64,000 nucleotides of DNA from positions 15,810,001-15,874,000 of the forward strand of contig NC_134469.1 of assembly GCF_964194025.1 (NCBI RefSeq), written 5' to 3'. Numbering within the stretch: the first letter of the stretch is position 1; each line of letters begins with the position of its first letter. The notes beneath the pieces were generated by a model. The model was not told where the DNA came from. It did not search any database and was given only the letters and a program-made list of their open reading frames with translations. Below, in pieces: positions 36,501 to 49,116 of this stretch. The DNA comes from Convolutriloba macropyga. Lineage: Eukaryota. The translations under genes were made by a program, and so were the position numbers.

Positions 36501-37720
36501 GACACTGTTATCTGTTCTTTAATTAAATGTTTGCCTCTCTGTTGTGAGCAATTTGATCCGTATACATTCGCAGATGACACAAATCTTCTATGAATCCAAC
36601 TTGATAAACAATTACGCTTTGAAAGATGAGGACAATAAAATTGCATCATGGTTTCCGGAAAAAAATTGTGTTTCAATTCTTCTAAGCTACAAATAAAAAT
36701 CTTCTAATATTAGTCTTGATGTCACTTTGAGCAGTAAAACGCTACATGAGTCTAAATGTGTAAAATTCCTAGGTCTTTTTCTTAACGGTCAATTCAACTT
36801 TGATAGTCATATAAAAGAAGTTTTTTATAAAAGACTTGGCCTAACAATTTTGATCTTATGCGGTTGAGAAATTTTGTCACAAATCAATTTCTGCATGTTT
36901 AGTTTGAAACCTATATACAGCCTATCAAGTCGGATGATTTGTTATTGTATTGATGCACCTAAAAAACCAATAGTATAGATTATACGAACTTCAGAATAAA
37001 ATTTTAGAATAATTTTTTAATGGCCGATGTGAACACGTTAATGAGTATTTTTCGAAAAGTAACGTGTTATTTATATGCAAGCTTTACCTAAAAAAGCTCC
37101 CAGAATAAATTTTGATCTATGTTCAGACTAGCAAAGTCAGGGAAAATGATTCCAGCAGTAATTCGTTTTCTTTTACAAGATCGAACACAGCAGGTAATCT
37201 TAGGGTTATTAAGATTTTAAAAAATGCTCGAAAAACTCACTTACGCACAAATGCCTGGTTCTGTACAATTTTTTTAGATCAAAATGATAAGCCGCCCTCG
37301 AAAACTAATTTATGTCAATTTGCACCTAAGAATTTAACAGACCGTACAAAGTATACAACACTTATAAAAGAAAATTTTTCTGGAAGACTGTTCATGTATG
37401 CTACATTTATTATTGAGTTATATGTTAATTATTCACTGCTTGCTCCAAGGGCATCCCCATGCAGCCCATAGGCTTTGGAGGGTCCACATCGGCGCTATTT
37501 TTTAATTTTTGTAAGATCTTTTGGAGAACTTTTTCTATGCATCGGGGAAATTGAACTATTACTATTTTTATTAGAAACACAACTGCTTTATAACTACACT
37601 CTTTGAATATATGAAAGTTTTGGAAATATCCTCAGCAAAACATCTATTCAAAGGATGTACCGGATTCCCTTCATAAAACCTTAATCCAAAGCAAACAAAT
37701 GTGCCTGGAGAGTGATATGT
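30520..37720 (+). repeat. Tandem mosaic array of the LINE RT segment (unit starts about 31035, 32405, 33767, 35834); LINE 3' end present twice
   Basis: Recurrent aattaagga(g/t)gcaaatta.ccaaaatc. Near-identical ORFs at 31102, 33834 and 35901, and at 35056 and 37112. RT core motifs (KAF..IDH, PQGSV, FGDDT/FADDT) repeat in the units. Confidence 0.92.
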
Positions 37721-38524
37721 AGATATGGAAACTGTTACCACCTAAATAAGATAAAACTGAACTGAAGAGTTGCAAAATGGGTGAAAACTCTTGATAATAA
37801 CTCAAGTGCTGTTTCAATATTATTATTATAGAGCTGAAAATTTGTTGTGCTTCTTTCGTTGAAAACTGGCGTTGCGATGCTTGATGATATTGAAGATTCA
37901 CCTCACTGACCGTGATAGCTCTTTGAAAGTATCCCGGAAAACAGGTATGAGTTTCTTGACCCATGTTTTTGCTTGCATTAGTAGTAGTAGTCGTTGAAGA
38001 TTCTGGATATCACTCATATTAACTTTTTTTCCAAGAATTGCAAATTCCACATCTACATATAATACGCCCTTTGCATTTGTCATTGGCATTGAAGGAGGTT
38101 ACAAAGTAATGCCAGTAAATGTTTGATATTGTACTTCTGCAGAGTTCGTCACCAGCTTCCAGATTTTTAATTAGGATGTAAAGAAGTATTTTCTAGCGAT
38201 AGATTTTTGTTCGCAAGCTACTTTCCTTTTCGACTTTGAAGTCAACGCTGGTCTGCTGTCTTGTTAAATTATGGCACAGTTCAGAAAGCCATTCAATTTT
38301 TGCAGTTAATTTGCCATTGATTATGGACAGGAATAGCAACAAACAAACATTTCTTTGTACAAGTACGAAAGTAGTAGCTCGAGTCCCTTTTGTTCATAAA
38401 CCTAAGTACGATTTTTTTCAAAATCCGTTTTGTAGCTCTCAATTGCGGTCTTTCGACATTTTGCATATGGCTTTGGTTTGGAACTCAGACCTAGGAACCG
38501 TATGTGATAATTGGCACAATGTAT

Positions 38525-41500
38525 GATCTTTAAATATGATCTTCCATCAGAAACTCCTCTAACTAAAATTTTTGGCTTCGCAGACGACTTCAAACTGAAT
38601 AGCGTAAACCAGGAAGACTTATAGAACAGCGTGAAAGGAATCGAAAACATGTGCGATTAAAATCAATTGACACTAAATGCCTCAAAATTTAAACTTCTCT
38701 CTCAAAAACGAACAAAATGCAGCCTCAAAAAATCTTGAGCTAAGACAAGTTTGCAGTCAGCGGGGTCAGAATATGATTGTTACTAAAAATCTAAACTGAA
38801 GCAGTAACTGTAATCAACAGATTTTGAAAGCAACAGAAGACTTCTACCAAAAAATGCGAAGTACGACCAAAAAGATTAAATCAAAAAATAAATTCAAAGC
38901 CCACACTGGCTAAGTCGTACGCATACTATCATACTTTTCTCAAGCATGGCTACCAAACAGACAGCAGATGGAGAAATTTGGAAAACTTCAAAAGAGAGCC
39001 TCTTCATGGATACTAAGTGCAAGCAACTGCACATACAAGGAAAGACTGATAGTGCTAAAAATGTTTCCCCTAATCCTGTATATCTAAATGCGCAATTTAC
39101 TATTTTCATTATCACTACAGGACAATATCACTACAGGACTTTGACGTAAAATTAAACATCGAATATCTTTGTTTCAAAAATTTCAGACACAGTGCAAAAG
39201 AGGAATTAAAATATCAAAAATTTGTCTATGGAAGACAAAGGTAGAAAGCTTTATTGGCTGTCCTGGCTCGTAATTCACAGTTGTCCTTCCAATTTATTTT
39301 TGCAAAAATCAAAATTCCCAAATCTTTAGGGTTGCTACAGGACTCAACATTTCTCGATTCGAATTCTATCCCCAGCCAAACAGCTCAATAAAAGATATCA
39401 ATACACCTTAAAGGGCAGCTGAACTGACGAATCAAAACATATGTTTCCCGACCAAGCAAATTATCAAATATAATACAGAAAAACTTAATAAATAATTTGA
39501 TTTCAGTTTTTGATGATCTCCTAGGGAGTATTTAGCCTCAACCTATATCCAAGAAACCAAGCGAAACTCAAAGTGGTGCAGCATCGTCTAGGTGAAGTTC
39601 CCGATTGGTGAAAAAGTTAATTTGAGGCACGGCGTTATTATTAACTTGATTACAAAGCACCCGTCAGATCCGAGACAACAGCTAACCGCTGACAACCTTA
39701 TTATTGTGTTACGAAAGAACCGAGTATACATCTGCGGTATAATTTAAGGCCAAAAATGGGAGCACAAAACGTCTTTAGCGTTTTTTATTGGGCAAGAATA
39801 ACAACTCTCCACTTTATCAGGAACCTGCTGTCAAAAAATCAAAAAGATACCAAAATTATGTCTCAAAATTCAGAGCTCCAACAAAACTGGATTTTTAAAA
39901 TCAAAATTATTACGATCGTTAATAATATTACGGTGATCTGGAACCAATCAAGCTGAAGAAGCAGCAATCGTCAAAAACAAAAAGAGAAAAATGACTAAAG
40001 TGACTTTGTTAGCATTTTCCTTCCGTAGTATGGCTCACGCTACCAATAAGAAAAAACAGTTTTTCAAGCAAAGTGGTGTCCTTGATTGTTCTTGAGCTAA
40101 GGTTATCAGAAATTATGTCAACCCCCACATGTCAAAAATAACAAAAGAATGAACAGAACTGCCTATTTGGGCCATTAAGGAAACTTTATATATAAAAAAG
40201 CAGTTGAGGGCCAAAAAAGAGCTTGGAACAATCGGAGTTTTAACAGACGCCTCAAAAAAATGCTTGAAAAGCAGATTAGGAAACAACTGGACATTGATCT
40301 AAACATTGTTCAAGACAAAAATTCCATAAGCAGGCGTGTTAGTAAAATAAAAAATACCTGAAGTGTATCCAAACGCCCTATGTATTGCCAGCAACAATCG
40401 AAGTTGGAAATGAAAAAGCCAGTAGTGACGGTGAAAAATTCACCCTTTTCATCCTGTTCTTCAAAAGTGTGTATAACATTTGAAAGCCTACTGAGCTGCT
40501 CTACAGAAAAAGCAAAGTTAACTTTACTAGAACATCACACTTAGAATATGAAGAGACCCTCACAGAAACCAGAACTGAACAAATCAACAGGCCCCCAATA
40601 ACCTAAACATTTATCTCCTCTGAAATTGCACTAAGACGTTGGGTAAATCTCCTCTGTTATTGTTCCAAACAACACTAAATTAAGCGAAATTTACCGAAAA
40701 TTTGGAAGCTGTTGGAAAAAAAATTTCAATAAATTTTGATCAAACTGCCTAGACAAACTGTGATCTTCCATCAGAAACTCCCCTTACTGAAACTTTTGGC
40801 TTCGCAGATGACTTCAAACTGAATAGCTTAAACCAGGAAGACTTATAAAAGAGCGTGAAAGGAATCAAAAACATGTGCGATTAAAGTCACTTGACACTAA
40901 ATGCCTCAAAATTTAAACTTCTCTCTCTCTCAAAAACGAACAAAATGCCGCAATTTCTCAAGCATGGCTCCCAAACAGTCAGCAGATGGAGAAATTTGAA
41001 AAACTTCAAAAGAGAGCCACTTCATGGATACTAATTGCAAGCAACTTCACATACAAGGAAAGACTGATAGTGCTAAAATTGTTGCCCCTAATGCTGTATA
41101 TCTAAATGCGCGATTTACTATTTTTTTTATTATTATGGGACAATAATTTTGACATAAAATTAAACATCGAATATCATGGTTTCGAGAATTTCAGACACAG
41201 TGCAAGAGGGGAAATAAAATATCAAAAAATTGTCTATGGAAGACAGAGGTATAAAGCTTTCGTGGCTGTCCTGGCTCGTAATTCACAGTTGTCATTCCTA
41301 TTTTTTTGTTTTTGCAAAAACCAAAATTCCCAAGTCTCTTAGGATTGCTACAGAACTCAACATTTCTCAATTCGAATAGAAATGCAATTTTCCTTTGGTA
41401 TTTAGCTTTGGCTTGACTATTCGAATGTAGGCCTTTTTGAATATTAGCCTATAGCACCAGCCAAACAGCTCAATAAAACAAATCAATACGCCTTAAATGG

Positions 41501-44440
41501 CAGCTGAACTGAGGAATCAAAACATATGTTTCCCGACCAAGCGAATTATCAAAATAATACGGAAAAACTTAAAATAAATAAGTTAGAATAAATAATTTGA
41601 TTTCAGTTATTGATGATCTACTAGGGAGTATTTAGCCTCAACCTATATCCAAGAAACCAAGCGAATCTCAAAGTTGTGCAGCATCGTCTAGGTGAAGTTC
41701 CCGATTGGTGAAAAAGTTAATTTGTGGCACGGCGTTATTATTAAGTTGATTACAAAGCACCCGTCAGATCCGAGACACCAGCTAACCGCTGACAACCTTA
41801 TTAATGTGTAACAAAAGAACCGAGTATTCATCGGCGGTATAATTTAAGTTCAAAAAAGGTGCAGAAAACGTCTTTAGAATTTTTCATTCAGCAAGAATAA
41901 CAACTCTCCACTTTATCAGGAACCTGCTGTCAAAAAATCAGAAAGATACCAAAATTGCTTCTCAACATTCAGAGCTCCATCAATATGGGATTTTTAAAAT
42001 CAAAATTATTACGATCGTTAAATATAATACGGTGATCTGGAACCAATCAAGCTGAAGAAGTAGCAACCATCAAAAACAAAAAAAAGAAAACTGAATGAAG
42101 TGACTTTGTTAGTAATTTCCTTCCGTAGTATGGCTCACGGTACGAATAAGCAAAAACAGTTTTTCAAGCAAACTGGTGTCCTTGATTGTTCTTTAGCTAA
42201 GGTTATCAGGAGAACCATTGACCCTTTCTCAGACTATTTTGTGTTGAATTGCATAGAATTTACACAATCTATATCAAAACACGGCTGTGTGTTCGCAGCT
42301 GTCAAAAAAGCATTCCACTTGAAACAGTAAACCCGAAATAACCACTTATAATATGGCACTGAAAATAATCATCAGCGAAACTTCAATTCTATAGCTTGTA
42401 TGTATATCCCCAGCCCGGAAGTCGTATCAATGAACGGCTGCAAACCCTTCACTGCTACTGTATAAACTATGCAACCAAACAATTCAAGAAAACTTCAATC
42501 CACTCTTTTTGTGGGCGACATCAAACTTGCAGGGACAAATTATGAAGCAATGGAATATAATGATAATCATCAATGACAGATACTGTTTAAACTGATAGAA
42601 TCAAACTGCTCCAACGTATCAAACCAAACGTTAGTTCAGGTCCTCATAAAAATCTATATCCAGTGATAGAATGCTATCAACATCCAAACCTTCACCGGAG
42701 CTTTAAGGTACAAATGAAGCAGCGTTAAGATCTCAAAAGAGAATCAAGTCATTGAGGAAAACCCTGTGAATTCTTTCTGTCTTAGTAACTCTGATGCGTT
42801 AGTAAACTAATGGTACATGCGGATCAGAAACCATATCAACCGCCACATTTCGAAAAAAAAACAAAATATTTAACAGAACTGCCTTTTTGGGCCATTAGGG
42901 AAACTTTATATATAATAAAGCAGTTGGGGGCCAAAAAAGAGCTTGGAACAATCTGAGTTTTAACAGACTCCTCAAAAAATGCTTGAAAGCAGATTAGGAA
43001 ACAACTGGACATTGATGTAAACATTGTTGAAGACAAAAATTTCATAAGCAGGCGTGTTAGTAGAAAACAAAAAACACCTGAAGTGTATCCTAAAGCCCTC
43101 TATTTTGCCAGCAACAATCGAAGTTGGAAACGAAAAAGCCAGTAGTGACAGGGAAAAAGTCACCCTTTTCATCCTGTTCTTCAAAGGTGCGTATAACATT
43201 TGAAAGCCTACTGAGCTGCTCTACAGAAAATGCAAATTTAACTTTATCAGAAAATTAAGCTTAAAAAATGAAGAGACCCTCACAAAAACTAGCATTGAAC
43301 AAATCAACAGGCTCCAACAACCTACAATTTGTCTTCTCTGAAATTGCACTAGGACGTTGGGTAAATCTCCTCTGTTATTGTTCCAAACAACACTAAATTA
43401 AGCGAAATTTACCGGAAATTTGGAAGCTGTTGGAAAAAAAATTTCAATCAATTTTGATCAAACTGCCTAGACAAACTCTTTGAAAGCCAAAATGGATTTC
43501 AACAGAGGAAATCCGCTAAACTTGAGCTATTAAACAACGTAGGCTCCGATTATCACGATTCGAAAATTGAGCGAATTGAATAACTATAGCTATTCGAAAT
43601 TCTAAGAAATCTTTTCAAGTTGATTGAAAGCTACGTCAATAAAAGGAAAAAGTGGTTAAATTATGCTTTGACCTAAGTAATTAGAAATAACTAACGTCGT
43701 TGCACAAAGGGTCAATCGTTGGTCCTCTCTTCTATTCCCTATCCTTAAATATGATCTTCCATCAGAAACTCCCCTAACTGAAACTTTTGGCTTCGCAGAT
43801 GACATCAAACTGAATAGCGTAAACCAGGAAAACTTATGAAAGAGCGTGAAAGGAATCAAAAACATGTGCGATTAAAATCACTTGACACTAAATGCCTCAA
43901 AATTTAAACTTCTCTCTCTCAAAAACGAACAAAATGCCGCAATAAAAAATCTGGAGCTAAGAGAGGTTGGCAGTCAGCAGGGTCAGAATCTAAAAATCTA
44001 AACAGAAGCAGCAACTGTGATCAACAGATTTTGAAAGCAACAGAGGACTTCTACCAAAAAAAGCGAAGTACGACAAAAAAGGTTTCATCAAAAAATAAAT
44101 TGAAAGCCTACACTGACTAAGTCGTACGCATACTATCATACTTTTCTCAAGCATGGCTCCCAAACAGACAGCAGATGGAGAAAATTGAAAAACTTCAAAA
44201 GAGAGAGCCACTTCATGGGTACTAATTGCAATTAACTGCACATACAAGGAAAGACTGATAGTGCTAAATTAGTTGCCCCTAATGCTGTATATCTAAATGC
44301 GCGATTTACTATTTTTATTATCATTCCGGGACAATAATTTTGACGTAAAATTAAACATCGAATATCATGGTTTCGACAATTTCAGACACAGTGCAAGAGG
44401 GGAATTAAAATATCAAAAAATTGTCTATGTAAGACAGAGG
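38525..44440 (+). mobile_element. Decayed CR1-like LINE in about three tandem, internally deleted copies
   Basis: DLPSETPLT..FGFADD(F/I)KL at about 38537, 40761 and 43751. Blocks 39370-40110 match 41455-42210, and 40120-40760 match 42835-43475. Endonuclease-like remnants at 42200-42800. Confidence 0.85.
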
Positions 44441-47400
44441 AAAATTTCAATCACAGAATTAAACCACTTCATAACACCTCTACTGAAGTCAATTCCATTT
44501 TTACTCAACTATCAAGCAAAAAGTTTGAGTGGCATCCGGTGGAAATTCTTTCACAAGAATACATCTTTAACAAAAAAACACGTTGGGAATTTTATGTAAA
44601 TGTGGTCTGTGTAAGCCACTAACAAAAATGAATTAAAAATTGGACACAAAAAAAGCGTGTTGCAAGTATAGATAGGTTCAATTGAGGTGACTTCAAAGCA
44701 GCAAAAACATCTTTTCCCTTTCTTTGAGAAAAGTAGTAGTGGTTTCTCAGTCTCAGGTTCATTTTATTTTTAAGTACAGTTCAGATTTGCTAAAGCTTTT
44801 TTATTAGGGTAGTTTAAGTTCAATTGGTTTAAAAGGCCAATTCCAAAAAGTCTTTTATAGAAACAGTAGAGGGAATTTAAAAGCAAAGAAGCAAGATAAT
44901 GACCAATAGATATTAAAAAAACGAGATTAAAATGTAGAATGTGAATTTGATTGAATATTTGCAGTTTTGAAAGATGTCAGATAATGGCTGGTTTGTCAAG
45001 ACAATTTCAACTCCATTAAATAATAGGGCCGGTCTTTGTATGACTCGGGCACGCGAGCACCGAAATCAACGAGTGAGGCAGCTAATTGAAAAGTTCTTCA
45101 AACCAATAATTCATAAGGGACACAATACGGGACGGTAATATGCATGGAAGCTGAGTAAAGATTTTAAAAGTGAGCTCTGGGTTTCAAGGTAGTAATAAAA
45201 AGTGGAAAAAATAAAACCAAAAAAGTTTGCAGACTAGCCTGCAGACCTTTACAATGCAATGGCCAACTTAGTATAGAAATATAAAAAATTAAATAAAAAA
45301 ATTTTGCCATAAGCTGTTTTGTCATTTACAGTTCCTAACACAAGCGCGGCATATGGAACCCCTAATCGCCAAAAAAATTCAGAAACACTTCGGCTCTGCA
45401 TTCGATGATTGCATCGCAGAACTTTGTTCAGAGATTTTGGCTTAAAAATTCGGCGGGGAACCCGGTAGTTCTTTCCCCCTCAAAAGATATAGGCTGGAAC
45501 AATTTGGTTTTATCAGCTAGTTCTCTATATTTTGTTGCTTTTGGCTTTTCGTTCTCTGCTTTTCCTGTGCCCCGTTCGGTGACCAAATCATTCTAAAGGC
45601 TAGCAGGCGCAAGTGAGTCCACTACTATAACATCTCACAAAAGCTGTTATCCTGTCTTCCATGGTACAAGTGTAAGCCCAAAAGTTCTCTCGTTGTCTGT
45701 TCTGTGACTTGAATCTAGCAGTGAGGGTATACGCACTGAAGGCAATTTTGCTCAATCAAATGGTTGAGGTTAGCGTGGCGAGAGATTTTCCTTGCGCTCT
45801 TGGGACAAGAAGGACCGTGCCAGCCATCTGAATTTACCATTTTAACAAATACGTATATATGAGGTTCACCGACTCTGGTTTCAGACTAAAAAGCATCAAG
45901 ACTTTGTGTGGTTGGTTCGACAATTTCAAATGTAGGTTTTGTAGAGAATTAACTTTAATGATTGGGAGGCAAGCTAGTCGTGTAAGCTGTTAAAAAGTTT
46001 GAGTCCAAAAGGACAAAATACAAAATTGAGGTCAGTAGTCAGTTTCTCGTGGGCAACCCTTTTGGAGTTCAGTGTCAGGTACCTTCTCAGACTGCTTCAA
46101 CGCATAAGAGCTCTCCAAGCCATGTTTGAAAGTTGAATCAACAATTTCTTGATCAAAGTAGAAAACTAAAGTCCCGTAACAGCCCATTACTTGAACTAAA
46201 AAAGCGTTAAGAGCAAGTATTTGCGCTGATGAGACAAGTAGAAAGAGCCATACTCACTTTTGAAACGTATTTTTCATGCAGAATGATTGTCCTACGCTTC
46301 AGTTTCTCAGGAATTTGTTCACCTCACATAAAATTGAAATCAATTTTGACAATTTAGGGATAACTAAAGCGCTTCTCAGTAAAAATTCCAATTGACGCTT
46401 ATAGTGCACGGCGCCGGTGCAAGAAAAGTTTAATACGGAGGAACAAACAGAATTACGCAAAAGCGCAAAATTTTTATTGTACTGTTCTAACTGATCGCGT
46501 TTGAATATTGCTTTGAAAACGTGTACGACTGAGAATTGTGTGTTTATGTGGGGTCTCCAATCCAATAGAAAAACTCAAGTCACTAACAACCCAAGGACCC
46601 AGATTCTAAATCCTCTGATACAATTACTAAATCTTCTTACTTATGATAATTCTGATAGACAACCTCTGAATGTCCTCTGATGCAAATGGAGTGGCTCCTC
46701 CAGCAAAAGCAGAAAATAAACTGAAAGAAGCTGGCGTTTTCGACTCTATCGACAATTATCAGTGACTCTGATTTCAATTACTTCGATGACTTATTCTTCC
46801 TAAAAATCCGGTTTGCCCTTTTGGCAATTTTTTTCATACGATTCAGGAAATTTCAAGTAGAAGAATGTTCCGCTGAAACGTGATTTGAGGAATCAACTAG
46901 CTTTGATATGTAGTCGAGCGTCTTTATCAGTAGTGGTACAATCATTTGGAAAGGTTTGACCCTGCAAAGTTTGATGAGGTCAAACACTAGTTGGAAATCA
47001 TTGCAAACCTCATTGAGCAGGGCAACAACGGATATGATTGCGTCTTATAAGCTTATAACCGGCTTTTGAGCAAAAAAGAGAGCGTGGCAAAACTAGAGAT
47101 TCTCAAGATGCGCCTGTTGATGGCAGTTTAAGGTGATCCCATCACTATCTGAAGTCAATTTCGTTCTGAGCTTCTCATTGTTAGAATGGGATACCATGTC
47201 ATTGGAAGTTTCTTTAGCTAACTCTACGCCCCCTTTCTATACGCAAATCTGGAGAATAGGATTCTTTTTTGTGGATGAGTCAATTCAATTCCAATATTCC
47301 CTCGGTCTGGTTCCTGTTTTTTTTTGAAAATTTTGCCGTCAAAATTGTACGTTTGCAGCTTTAAAATTCAGCAAAGACTCGCTTATCTAGTTAAACCATC

Positions 47401-47592
47401 CATATTCTATTGTCCAGGGTTCAGGTAGAAAAATGCATAGACCACGGTATGTGGCCGGAAAAGAGATTAACTCCTCGCCTTTTTTATCACTTTTTATCAT
47501 CGGCTCTGCGTAGTAGACTCTCATAAATTCAAATTGCAATGCAAGTCAATTTTTTGTAGTCCACTTGTATTCAAATTGCGCGCCGTCTTAAA

Positions 47593-48300
47593 CGACAGCC
47601 TACTATAAAAGATAGAATAGTTCAATAATCTTTCCTCAATGAAATCAATGCACGTTATATCAGAAGAACTCACAAAAACGCGAACACGATAACCTTAAAT
47701 GGCATCAAACACGTCTTTAATGAGATGACCTTTAATTAAATTATAAAAAATTCACTAAAGTTCATTTATTTTTACCTAAAACAATTTGCAGTGAATCAAA
47801 GCTATCAGGCGCATTACCATATTCTGCGTACTCGTAAGGAGCCAGACTTTTATTTTAAAGCATATTGGTCAGCTGAGCATTTTCATGAGGGGTTTTGAAC
47901 GTGTAATTGAGGGTTTTGACAAATCTGAAGGCTATTGTTTTTTCTATTGGTAAAAAGCATCAGATTAAATTAATACTATTTGTAAAAATAATCTGGAGAG
48001 TTTCCAGTTGTTTTTATGGAAAAGTTCTGAATGACAGCCTACTATAATAGCCAAAGTATTGAAATTTTATCAATGAAATCAATTCACCTCTCTTCAGAAT
48101 AAATCACAAAAACGAGAAGACAATGACCTTCAATAACATCACATCAATTTTGAGATGAGATAACTTATGATTACATTATTTAAAAAAATCACTCAAGTTT
48201 ATTCATTTTACCTAATACGCTTTGAATTGAATTAAGGCTACCACGTGCATTACCATATTCTGCGTACCATTTTTGAGCCAAACTTCTATCTTAAATCATA
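47593..48300 (+). repeat. Diverged direct duplication, ~440-bp spacing
   Basis: gacagcctactataa, caatgaaatcaat, cacaaaaacg and gcattaccatattctgcgtac each occur twice in the same order. Confidence 0.8.
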
Positions 48301-48840
48301 TGAGTGAGTGGAAGTATAGCAAGGCCGTGTAAAATAATAGTTATTGGATCGTCTTGTGGTCTACTCTCTCGACGTTTATTCATCTTTCAAAAAACAAGCC
48401 AGTCTTTGTGTCTGAGGCAAAATTGTGGCTGCTGTATGAATGGATGGACAGAAAACTCCGATTCAATTTAGAACAGGGTTCTAATCAGGCTAGTAACAGC
48501 ATTTTCAGCATCCATTAAACGTATGACCAAATTGCGACCAAGAAAACGCCAGCGTACGAGATATATAACAACCTCGTTTCTTTTTTTAGTGCAACGCACA
48601 GCCGCAGGTTTTCCCCTTTAATTAGAGATCACGTTCAAAGAATTTGACAAAACTTCTACTTATAATTTTTGTAAAACTTTACTTTTCGGTGGAAATCTCG
48701 GGCCATTATCAGGAGCAATCAGATAGCAAATTACAATGCTTTCTTTTAAACGCCTCCAGCGTAGATCGTAAATGAATTCAACGCACTCGCCACCAAATTT
48801 TGCGTTTTTAGCGTTGAAACCTCGGCCCGAAACCCCCCTC

Positions 48841-49116
48841 CCCAGGTTGAGGTGCCATCCGGAAGTGACCTCTGATCATCCGAAGTCCAACGCACACGGT
48901 GTGTTCCCAAACCATAATTACAGGGTCTGGGTTTTGGTTCCAGATGGAAATAGTCTGATCAGGGACCATTTTGAGCGCACATTCAGCGCACACGGTGCTT
49001 TGAGCGCACATTAGTCTGATCAGAGGTTACTTTCGTCTGGCACGGTCTGATCAGAGGTTACTTTCGTCTGGCACGGTCTGATCAGAGGTCACTTCCGGAT
49101 GGCACCTCAACCTGGG
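48841..49116. mobile_element. MITE, 276 bp, with perfect 38-bp terminal inverted repeats
   Basis: CCCAGGTTGAGGTGCCATCCGGAAGTGACCTCTGATCA (48841-48878) and its exact reverse complement (49079-49116). Flanked by CCCTC on both sides. Internal 31-bp tandem repeat. Confidence 0.92.

Noticed and set aside
37720-38520. Possible Mutator-like transposase remnant on the minus strand (Cys/His spacing, HTC)
   Set aside because: Only scattered residues across frames, with no DDE core or TIRs. Too weak to call.
46220-46265. CTGATGA...GAAA hammerhead-ribozyme-like core
   Set aside because: Stem II is mismatched, the required U before the cleavage site is absent, and no stem I partner is visible.
46930-47035. 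Minus-strand FAM... / LQGQTF resembling the Pif1/Helitron helicase motif FAMTINKSQGQT
   Set aside because: The pieces are in different frames with wrong spacing, and no other helicase motifs were found.
48950-49090. 31-bp direct repeats with palindromes as a possible CRISPR array
   Set aside because: The repeats are contiguous with no unique spacers, lie inside a MITE, and the DNA is eukaryotic with no cas genes.
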